This document shows, in pieces, positions 13,365-24,349 of a stretch of DNA of 64,000 nt. Numbering within the stretch: the first letter of the stretch is position 1; the number at the start of each line of letters is the position of its first letter. The translations under genes were made by a program, and so were the position numbers. The stretch comes from Anthoceros angustus (Eukaryota > Plantae > Anthocerotophyta): positions 612,856 through 676,855 of the forward strand of contig MU008176.1 in the NCBI GenBank assembly GCA_010909165.1. The letters run 5' to 3'. Below the pieces are notes generated by a model. The model had not been told where the DNA came from and searched no databases. It worked only from the letters and a program-made list of their open reading frames with translations.

Positions 13365-13590
13365 TAGTTGTCAAGAGAGGGTGTAATGAAGAGGGTAGGG
13401 TGAAACATAAACAAATTAATCTCCGGTATCGGCGACATAAACAAATAGTTGTCAAGAGAGGCTGTAATGAAGAGGGCAGGGTGAAACATAAACAAATTAA
13501 TCTCCGGTTTCGGCGACATAAACAAATAGTTGTCAAGAGAGGCTGTAATGAAGAGGGCAGGGTGAAACATAAACAAATAGATCTCCAAAG
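13365..13590. repeat. 81-bp tandem repeat, ~2.7 copies
   Basis: Unit TAGTTGTCAAGAGAGG...CATAAACAAA starts at 13365, 13446 and 13527. Confidence 0.9.
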
Positions 13591-13599
13591 GGGTATAAT

Positions 13600-13862
13600 A
13601 AAGAAGGAGAGAGAGAGGGAGCTCCTTGTTATAGTCATGTTGCAATTGCATGTGGGAAATCATAAACACCCTTGTGAGAGATGGGGTGTAATTATGAGGG
13701 TGAAGTGGTAGGAGAGAGAGCTAGGTTCGTGTTAAGATGGTGGCACCACACGAGGATAAAAGTGACAAACTAAATACCAAGCCTCCAAAGCATGTTGCAA
13801 TCTGGAAGTGTAACATAAAATTACAACAATGACTGTAACATTTGCTGCCCTTTCTAGTAGCG
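13600..13862. mobile_element. Terminal fragment of a second CACTA-like family
   Basis: Ends CCCTTTCTAGTAGCG (degenerate ...TAGTAGTG). Its reverse complement aligns with 40204-40420 (e.g. ttatgttacacttccagattgcaacatgctttggaggcttggtatt). Confidence 0.6.
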
Positions 13863-14149
13863 GATTCATCTTTGCAATTGTTGTACCGAGGAAGTGCCGT
13901 TGTGCCTGCATCAGGCAAGGAATATTGATTCTGTTTATGTCGCTGATACCAAAACATCACTGTAACATGAACTAGCAACTCTCACATTTTCCTCCTACCT
14001 CATAGCTTCACCATTGCTTTATTAATGTTCTTACTTAACCATAGCTATTCATGGGTTGAAAACTAATTTTTTTGGCTTCAACCAGTCCTACAATGATAAT
14101 AAATGTGCACCCTTCCATTGTGCACTTATATCCATGGTAAAGTACAGGA

Positions 14150-14690
14150 TATGTATATACTTATATGTAGATAAATATAGGGGATACTTATATGTAGATA
14201 TATATATATATATATATCAATATTATTATATATAATTATATACCATATTAATTATTTTTTATATAAGGTATAAATTACTTATTCATTCTAGCCACCAGCA
14301 TAAATTCTAGACCTTCTCTTACCTAGGCACTGCTAGCTTAAACCCTTGCTGCGGCCAAGGGCGGCTCTCCTCATTCCCGGCAGCTTTGGTGGTGGCTCTC
14401 AACTCGCAACGGCCCGCCAGCTTTGGTGGTGGCTCCCAACGGTGGCTCCCAACTCGCAACGGCTAGTATAACTCCTTAGTAAGTTCAGACGGTTAGTAAA
14501 TTTAACGTAACTTCTACCCCTTGCTCCTAACCAAGTACTCCTATACGTATTCCATAATATTATGTTACACTATATAATATCAGATTTTATTCCAGAATGT
14601 TATGTTATACTATATAATATTTTAGTATATAGTATATATTATATATTATATATATAATATTATATTAAGGTATAAATTACTTATCAATCG
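14150..14690. repeat. AT-rich low-complexity region with (TA)n and a duplicated AAGGTATAAATTACTTAT
   Basis: TA runs at ~14197-14217 and 14620-14665; the motif is repeated at ~14266 and ~14667. Confidence 0.7.
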
Positions 14691-16499
14691 GGCTATCAAT
14701 GCCAAATGTTAAAATTTAGCATCCATCAATACTCACTACTAGTGTAGACCGATATCAAACCCTAAACTTCCTAGTTTTTTTAGAAATATGCCTTGACCAA
14801 TCCACTATATTCTATTTTGGTTTGATCATTAAAATCCCCAGATTTATTTGTAAGAAAAACCTGGACGTCTTACTATTTGCCTGTGTCTAGGTTCATGTGC
14901 GCATGGCTCACTATGGGTCCGGAGGATAGATTCAAAAGAGAGGGAAAAAGGATTCCCCTTCCCCTTCTCTTTTCCCCTCTTCCAAAAGCTTTCTTCACTA
15001 TTGACCATTCCCGCCTTGAGGAGAAGGTGTGCCCGCCTAATCATAGCTGCACATTTTCATTTGAACTCATTTGCTGCAGACAACCATGTTCTCCACATCG
15101 GCCTTAGATGCTCCAAATCCCTAATCAATAGGATGCAAGGGATCCCACAAAAGTTTTCAGATAGGTCGAACATGAGTGACAATGAATGCGCGCCAACATG
15201 AGGTATAAAATGTTTACATGTAACCCGGGGAAAAAAAAAGGCTCCTAGAGAATATTGCTCCGGGTACGGGTTACATATGGCATACCAAAGAGGACAGAGG
15301 GGACGAACATTTTTTTTCACTTAAAACTTTGGTGTCCGGTTTGGTAACGGCCAAATGGAGTAGCCAAAGGGGCGACTTTCGGCAGCCACCATCACCGGAA
15401 GAAAGGAAGGAACTTTAGGGTTTTTTTCCGCACTCACTGCTTTTTTCTCCCATACGCATCAAAATTTTTTCCGCCCGTTCGATTTAGGGGCGGGGCTCAT
15501 AAACCACCTGCCCGTTTTAGTTCATATTCTAAGAGGCGAGCGGGGGTTTAGGGCGAGGCGTCATCTGCCAGCGGGCACTGACTGGGGCAGTGCGGCGGCC
15601 CGGCGGCAGCGGCAGCAGGCGGGAGGGGCGGAGTCGGGCGCAGCGGCGAGTGCGGCGGCGGCCAGCGTCGGCGGCGGCGAGCCGCGGGCGCATCGGCGAG
15701 CCAGCGCCTTCCTGATGCCTGCCACGGTGGGCGCGCGCGGGCGAGCGGCCACCGCCACTTGACAGCAAGGCGAGGCAGGCATGTCAGCGGCGGGCGGGGG
15801 TTTACCGCGGGACGCGGCGGCGCAGGCGGGCCGTCGGGGCAAGCCACGAGGCGAGCCAGTGAGCTGCTGTGGCGGAGGCGGGCGGGTAGGCGGGGCGGCG
15901 AAGGGCGGCGAGCGCTGCGGTCGGGCCGAGGGCGGGCGAGTGAGCCTTGATGCAGGGGAGGGGCCAAGGCGGTGAAGGAAGGAGGCGGGCGAGGCGGGCG
16001 GGGGCAAGGCGGGTGAGGCGGTGCAGGCAGCAGGCAGGCAGTCTGTGGCAGGCAAGGCGGTAAGCGGGCAACGGAGGCGTGGCGTGGCGAGGCCAGTGGC
16101 GCGGCGAGGGAAACACCACTGAGCCTCCCCATCCTTGCTCAAGCACCAACAACCTCGTCCCCATTTCTTCGTGCCCATGGTGATGCCGAATTGTTTGATG
16201 CTCGGTTTCTTGCAAGCAGGACAGATGCATGGGCTGGTGCCCTTCTTGTTAGTAGTATTGCGAGGCTTCTGCGGCTGAGGATGTGCACCGGCCCACCCTC
16301 TCCTCCTCACATGCCGCAGTCCGCGACCTCCGACCCTTTGACAAAGTGGGCGTGGAGGAGGGTTCCACGATCTCCTCCGAGCTCACCCGATCCTAATATG
16401 TGGAGTGAGTTGTTTTGCTGTCTTATGACCCCAAGAAGCCAATGCATCCTTTGTCCCACGAGGAGCTTGATGCGCTTTTGCGCATGAGGACCAACGACT

Positions 16500-19300
16500 C
16501 ATCCGCCACATAGAGAACCCCTTGACTTCAAGTTCTTTTGAGGGAGGCGTGGTCGCAGTATTTGACCGGACTCGACTTTATCGCGAGTGCCTTCCAGTGG
16601 GCGCACTATTTCATGCATACCCATTTTGATGGGTGGCCATTGGGTCCTAACGATCACTGCGAGGCCTCGCGGTCCAAGCACCCGGAGTCACTGGAGGACT
16701 TCAAGCTGTGGATGGCCAAGTTTCACTCCGACGGCTTGACTCACAGGCTGCACGGCTGGCCTCGACGCTATCGCCCCCTCCTGGATTTCATCTCAACGTC
16801 TTCTACGAATTGGACGCACGCCAACCATGTCTTGTGGGAGGAGATGAACGACCTCTACATCATCGAGGACAGTGATCATGGGGGTTAGGACTTGTGGTCA
16901 TGTGCTTTAGGCACCGTGGAGCAGGGTTTTGATAGGACTGTACGAGGCCTTTCGGTTTAGATTTGTAGGTGTCCTCGATCCCGCTCCAGCTTTTGACTTG
17001 ACCAAATTTTGACGCTTCCTCCGTTATTCTCACCACTTCCGCCGATATCTGCCCACTTTTCAACCCTCTGCTCATGCTCGCCCCAAGATCGTGTTCCCCG
17101 CCATGTTTGCCACTTTTCCACCTCCTGGCCTTGTCCCCCCATCGCTGCCTTCTTTCATGTCTTTGCATCGGAACTCGCCTTCAAAGGTTCGCCGATTTTG
17201 GAGGCCGCCACCACTTCAAGGGGAATGCGGCTACACCAAAGGTGATTCCGACGCTGCCTCCACAATTTTCATGCACCATTGGTCGTGATGTAACAGAATG
17301 TCTCGCCCATGCCTTGTGGTGGCCGAGACCGGTGCACATGAAGGAGGCTATTCCATGAGCCCCGGTCATGTGTCCACGCTGTGGCCCCTCCGCCCTCACG
17401 CTTCTATCCCATCGCGTGATGCCCCTCCCCGCCTTCCTATCCATGTCTACTGCCTCCCCGCTTGCACTACATGTACCCCCGCCTGCCTAGTGCCTCCCCG
17501 CGACGCACCTCATATGAAAAGTGCTCAAGAGGTTAAGGGCTCTCCATGTCCACAAGCAGTAATCGGGTTCATTCCACTCCCACACCATCTGCAGAGGATC
17601 CCCGTCACCGAATACAAGCACACTCACCTATGCAAACATGTCCGGAGGTAATTTGTACACTTCAAGCCTCAGACGCCATGTCCTCGCCACTTGCATGTCC
17701 TATACACAACATTTGTCGTCATCAAGAAGAATCCTGGTGTTCACATTCAGACGGCCTTGGCCGACGCTCACTTACCCTCACAAGAATGCTATCGAGGAAA
17801 GCGTGCACCTCCGGCAACGCTATGTGCATCGTGGTCCGGGACATAGTAGTCGTTGTCGCCCCCTCCTCGCTCACTCCCATATGCAAAGGGCCCTACCAGC
17901 CAGCCCAGCCTCCTCCTCGAAGGCCTCCGCGGACGTGGCTCATCGCCACATACCCTTGGACTTGAAGTTCTTTTGAGGCGTGGTCGCGGTATTTGGTGGA
18001 CACTGGACTTCTCTGCGAGAGTGCCTTCCAGGAAGCGCACTATTTCATGCATACCCATTTTGATGGGTGGCCATTGGGTCCTAACGATCAACTGCGAGGC
18101 CTCGCGGTCCAAGCACCAGTCAGGAGGACTTCAAGGTGGATGGCCAAGTTTCACTCCGGCGACTTGACTCACGGTGCTGCAGGTGGCCTCGGCCTTCTCG
18201 CCCCCTCACGGATTTCATCTCAGCGTCTTCTGAATTGGGCCTTGCGCCAACCATGTCTTGTGGGAGGAGATGAGCGACCTCTACATCATCGAGGCGGTGA
18301 TCATGGGGTTAGGCGGTGGTCATGTGCTTTAGGCAGGTGGGCGAGGGTTTTGATAGGACTTGATGTCTGAGGCCTTTCGGTTTAGATTTGTAGGTGTCTT
18401 GGATCCACTTCCACAGTTTGACTTGACCAAATTTTGGCTTCCCTCTTTATTCTCACCACCCTTCGGCGGATATACTGCCCACGTTTTCAACTTGGCCCTC
18501 GGTTCATGCTTGCCGCCCGTCGTGTTCCCGTGCCATTTTGGCCCGCTTTTCCATTCTCCCTTGGCCTTGTCATTTCTGTTTGCCTTCTTCCAGTGTCTTT
18601 GGCATGAACGCTCTTCAAGGTTGATTTTGAATGCTTGCCACCACTTCAAGGAATGCGGTTTCACAAAGGTGATTCCGCGCGTCTCCACAATTTCCTCACC
18701 ATTGTCGGTCGAGTCGAACTTGCAATGTCTGCCCATGCCGGTGGCCTTGATCGGGGCCATGAGAGCTATTCCATGAGCCCTGTGTCCCTGCAGGTGGCCC
18801 CTCGGCCCTCACGTTTCTATCCGCGGTGATGCCCTCCTCCTCGCCTTCCCTATCCATGTCTACTGTCTCCCGCTTGCACTACGGCCCCTCTGCCAGTGCC
18901 ACCCAGCGCACCTCATGAAGCGTTACGAAGAGGTTAAGGGCTCTCCATGTCCATGTGCCTTGGTCTTCATTCCACTCCACACCATCTCCTGAGGGATCCC
19001 GTCGCCTGCAATACAAGCACAGGCATCACCGCTCGCGACATGTCCGGAGGTAATTTGTACACTTCAAGCACGCCTCGTCGCCATGTCCCTCGCCACTTGC
19101 ATGTCCACAAAACCTTTATCGTCATCAAGCTGTTGGTGTTCACATTCGACGGTCTTGGTGGCGTTCACTTACATCGGCAATGCTATCGGAGAGGCGGTGG
19201 CACCTCGGTGCAACGTTGCGTCTCTTGTGGTCGGGGACATAGTAGTCGTTGTCGTCCTCCTCGTCTACCCCATGCGGGCGGCCCTACCGGGCCCGGCCGG
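16500..19300 (+). repeat. Imperfect ~1.44-kb tandem duplication of a coding-like segment of unknown family
   Basis: gcgcactatttcatgcatacccattttgatgggtggccattgggtcctaacgatca occurs at ~16600 and ~18036, with collinear homology throughout. The frameshifts differ between copies. Confidence 0.85.
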
Positions 19301-22300
19301 CGCTCCTCCTCTGGAAGGCCTCCAGCGGGGCGTGGCCATCATCGTCTCCCGACCTCATTTTCCTCACCGCAAGTTCCACACCAACGAAAGTCGCCACTGT
19401 CCTCATGGTGGGCATGAATGTCAGGCAAGGAATGTATGTGCCAAGGGTCTGTGGTATCCAACTCACGCCCCGCAGCTCCAACATGTACCTCTTGTGAGAA
19501 GCCCCACTCTCCTTCGCCTCCGTGCTCGATGCGCCTCACACCCACGCACTCCACCCACCAACCACGCCATGTCCGCACGGCCCGGCCCGTTGCGCACGCA
19601 TTCGTGGCATGCAAATCTTCACATGACATCCAAGATCCACCTTACCCGACAGTGCACCGATGGCCCCGAATGAAGTTCCTCCTGCTCTCGCCGCCTCGTT
19701 CAGTCCTCCTCAACTAGGTTGTGCGCAATCGACCGAATCACCGCGGTGCCCAAACCTCCGCACCGCCTCCGACGCCTTGTAGATTGTTCTGCCCGCTTGT
19801 TGTCCTCCAAGACCGCCCACGTTATGTAGTGCGTGCCCCATCTATGGCCGCGCACTCAAGTGGAACATGTACATCTTGTTGCGCTGCGACACTCGCACCG
19901 TTAGCTTGTCCTTGTGTTGCGCTATCTGACCGACCACCATGTGCTCCAAGTTCTCGACACTCACCCATGTGCCACATGTACACAGTGCTCTGTATTGCAC
20001 CACACGACGCACCGCGATCATTTTCCATGGCCTCCTACCGCATGGCTCGCAATGCCGCCACCGCCTCGGCACGAGCACACCCCGCAGTGTCGCCTGCACA
20101 ATCCTCACTCCCGCACTCCCCGCCGCGTGATGGTCACATTTTGTAGGATGAGGTTGCACGCCTTTCTATTGCTCACGCTGCAGCACCTCCATCCTGGGCA
20201 CCTGCGCCCACCTCCTCAACGTCTCATGGCACATCCCGGCTCGCTGCGAGCCCTTTCAATGTCCGCCCGCCTCCTCCGCCTCCGCGATGTTCCTCAAAGT
20301 CTCCACTCAAGGCCTCCCGACCTTCCCTCTCCCCGCCCACCTGCTCAGAGAGGATGTGTGATCGCCTCCACCTCCGACACTTCGCTTCTCCTCTCCATCG
20401 GATCCCCCTCCTGCCCTTCTCCGCGCCTGCCCGCCCATCTCCCCTCCTTGCAGCCCCCATCTCCCCTCCCCTTGCAGCGCCATCTCCCCTCCGCCACCCG
20501 CCATAATGGCCCGCCGCCCACCTCGCCCTCCACCGCCATCCTCTCATTGCCCCTGCTCCCGCCTCCGCCTGCCAGACTCCGCCCGCCCCGCCTGCCTCCC
20601 TCCGGCCTGTGACACGGCCCCGCCTCCGCCTTCCTCCCACCTGGCCGCCCCCGCCCGGCCCTGCCTCGGATGGCGCGGCGCCGCCTCCGCCTGCTCCTCC
20701 GCCGCCCGGCCCGCCCCGCGCCCACCTCCTCCCACCTCCGCTCGCCCGCCCCGCCTCCGCCTCCCTCCATCCAACCCCACCGCCGACTCTGCTCACGCCC
20801 GCCATCCACCCGCTCGCCCCTCACTCATCTCCTCCTTCCGCACACCGCCTCGCCTTCATCGCTACCGCACTCCGCCATCAATCCGCCATCGCTCAACCAA
20901 TCAACCCCGCCTGCTCTCTCACGGCCCCCCTTCCCGCATCTCGGGCTATCCTCCCCACTGCCTCGCGCCGCGTGGTCTCCCGAGGGATTCACTACTTGAG
21001 CTGCTGTTCAAGACCGAGCACGCCACTTGTTCCAGCACATAATGCGTGGTTTCCTCATCGACCGTATGTCGCATAATTCCGCCTCACGCCACCGATACCG
21101 TTTCATGAAATGAACGGCATGTGCCTTATTCACTAACAACGCTTGTTGCTTTCACCATGCCTAAGGACATTCATGCCCGCCTTGCTTCTTTCCACAAATC
21201 CACGATACAATGTTTCAAATACCTCGACCCCACCATTATTCCTACGCCTTTCCACCCCACAACTCTACGGTGATAGGCCCGCGATGGTGTGTGCACGCTG
21301 AAGAGAAACACGAGACTCTTTGTAAGCCCCCACACTGGAATTTCTGCCCCATACAGAAGTTGCTCGAGGATGACGTGAGCACCGCAGCCTCCTCTTCTCC
21401 ACAACACATACGCCCGGTTGTCAAGGAGAAACGGCAACCGACATTGCTGCATCGGCACCCCGCCGCTCCGCGCTGGCAATTGTCATTCGCCCCGCCGACC
21501 GCATGCCATCGCCAACATGCCCATGTAGTCCCGCTGCCCGGTCCACACATCTAAGGAACTGTCGGCCGGGTCCATACACAAGATGCACCAGTGTCACATC
21601 CCCACTCCACCCAGCCACCCATCGCCTTTTGCGCTCCGCGATGCTCCTTTTCGTAGGATGCATGGCACCAGCTCGTGTGCATCGTGTCCACCACCGTCGC
21701 GATGGTACACGTGGCGCCGCGATCGAACCCACCCCACGCACACCGTCGACCATCGCCACCAAGCACAAGATGACTTCTGCATCCGCCTCACCACACCACC
21801 ATTGTCGCTCAACGCGGCCAACTCCATCGCCTTCCGCATCCCCTTCTCCTTCCGTTGGACCGCCCAACCCACCAATCCGCTGGAGGCTCCTTGTTCTTCA
21901 GCCTCGCAATTCAAATGTGTCCATGTGCTGAAATAGATACCCTTGCATGTGCAACCCCGCCGCCCCACAACTGCATTGCCCACCTCTCATCCGGGCATCC
22001 TCCACCGCATGGTTCCATCCTGCACGCACCAAAACCACCCCACGAGTCCAAGCCCGCAGCCCTTGTCTCTCCTCCCCAAGATATGCGCCACCATGTCCCC
22101 ACCCATCCTCTATGCCACGTGTTCAATGTCGCCCGGCAAGCGCTCGCGAACACCGGCATGGACGGATGATGTCGACGCTCTTCCGCGGTCATCTCATGCG
22201 CTGCCCGCCGCCATCTCATCCCCACGCCAGGTGGCCCTCGCTTCCGCCAACGCATCCCGCCGCCTGTGGCTCTAACCCGCAACCCCGCATCGAGCCAACG

Positions 22301-24349
22301 CCGCCTGTGACTTCTCATTCCCCGAATGAATGTTTTCCATTTTCCGAGCCTTTGCCCTCCCCTCACCCTCCCGAATTCATTTCACGCGTCGCGCTGCCGT
22401 TGGTACGCAGGGCCGCCTCCCCGATGACCCGCCATGGTTCCACGATTTCTTCAACTCGACCGCCTGGAGAATGGAGTCCTCCAACGGCGGCCAGATGGAC
22501 TCTTCCTCCGCTGAAATTGAATAGGCCGCATCGCGATTTCTTCGGCGCACCCGCGGCGCGCGTCATGATTGCTCCTCCGCCACACTTTAAGATTCTCGCA
22601 CGCCGCCACGTTGTCCTCCCGCAGCTGTGCATTAATTCCCTCCTTTGGTGTGCACAAGCTACCGATTCGCCCCACATACTCACATCAACACCGCAGCCAA
22701 TGAACACGCAACGAGCTCATCAATAATTACCAATGGGATGGCATTTCGAAACATGTAGTCCACAATCCCAATCGAACATCACACATCACACAACGATTTG
22801 GCCACCTCTCTACAATGGCTCAATCTACGCTAGGCCATGCCATAAACCGTGTTGTGAGAAATGGCACAAGACCGCATAGTGTGTCTCTAGTCATACAATG
22901 GAAGGAGCAATGTCCCAGACGCCATGGCTGGGGGAGCCGCCTCCGTCATCAATGGTACTTCAAACACCACAATTGGCGCACCAAAGAACACGCGTCCGTA
23001 ATGAAGGTGTACAGCTCGTCAAAAGACAACCTCCGTGACTGCCGCGCGAACATGGTCTTCGGGGTGCATGCCTCAAAGGTCGCCCTGCTCGTGAAGTTAT
23101 CGTACATCCTTGAGCACCGGAGAAAAGACCACCTCCAAAGATAACGTGTTCACAATGGGCATCACCGCCCGAAAGGCCCAAGCTGCACCACAAGTCCGAA
23201 CCCCCCACAAGCCCTCCAACATGCAAGCACTTTTAAACAAGACCTCCCTGCTAGCCTCTCCGACCATGCTCACCTCCATGCCAAGTCGGTCCCGACGCGT
23301 GCAAAATGTCGAAAAAACTCCGGATCCCCACCGTGATGAGGGCAACGGCCTTGATGGCCACATGTTGACGGTCCGCACTTGCCCATGAGGCCTTCTTCAG
23401 AAAGACAACACACCCATCACCTCCGTAGCACGCTTTCATGTCCGCCTTGAAGGCCTTCCTCAAGAACGATGAGCCCCGATCTTGCCACACCTTGCACGCC
23501 TGGCCCATCCGGCCGCCAAGGGCGCAGTAATTGTGGCCACGGCCATGGGGCATGACACTTGCGCCCGGTCGCACCATGTACACAAGGTAGCCAAAAGAAC
23601 CGAGCTCGTGAGTCGAGGCTGCGTGTTAGAATGAAAGGCCCGCAGTATGATGAACACTCCAAACACACGCGACTCACCACACATCGCCATCCGCGATGGA
23701 CTTCCCTTTTGATGTGGTGCGGTCCCCGAGCCCCGGGGTTGTCCTCGCCTCAAACACGCATTCATGAACATGGGATTCTCGCGACTGCCGCCATGCTCGC
23801 CGATGCAATGGCGAGTCGGCCTCGGCCAACCGCCTCCGCCTGCAACAACCCCCCATGCGGGTTGCGTCGGACATGGAACCGTGGGAACACGTGACTTTCC
23901 ATCACAATGTGGCTTGAAGAGGTCGTGACAGGGCCTCGCATGGCCAAATTTCTACCCGCCACCCGCACACGGAAAAGTGGCCATGGCGGCGCAGATCAAG
24001 CACTTCAAATCTTGAATTGTGGGCGGCTGCGAGTCCTACCTTGACCTGATAACCACGATATCTTGTGAAGGGGGTGAATATCCGAACCCCCTTCCGTGAA
24101 ATGAAAACCCTCTTAGCACATGACACACAGTCCCGAAATATGCGTTTTAGCTCTTTTTAAAGAAAGGTCGACCATGGTAGAACACAGTGGTATTCAAAAA
24201 AAACGTATTCGCGCAACAAAGACATGAAAACGGATAGAGGGCGCCGGCCGGCCGGCGCCCTTTCATTGTTTATTTGGAACTGGCAAAACCGAAGACATCA
24301 CTTGCCGCAATGAACTCCCCATAAACATTATGAACTAAACGGCGGATGC

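Noticed and set aside
14734-14744. CACTACTAGTG as a minimal CACTA element or footprint
   Set aside because: Flanks ACT/TAG are not a TSD; too short to be significant.
16610-16630. HTHFD as the HxD motif of a TET/JBP or 2OG-Fe(II) dioxygenase
   Set aside because: No distal His/Arg motifs or double-stranded beta-helix pattern could be recognised.
15540-21050. Pro/Ala/Arg-rich ORFs at 15.5-16.1 kb and 20.2-21.0 kb as extensin-like genes
   Set aside because: Low-complexity GC-skewed DNA open in many frames on both strands; no signal peptide or SPPPP periodicity.
22865-22905. LYD*RHT as a tyrosine-recombinase HxxR motif (Crypton/DIRS)
   Set aside because: Contains a stop, lacks the first His, and no other YR motifs are nearby.
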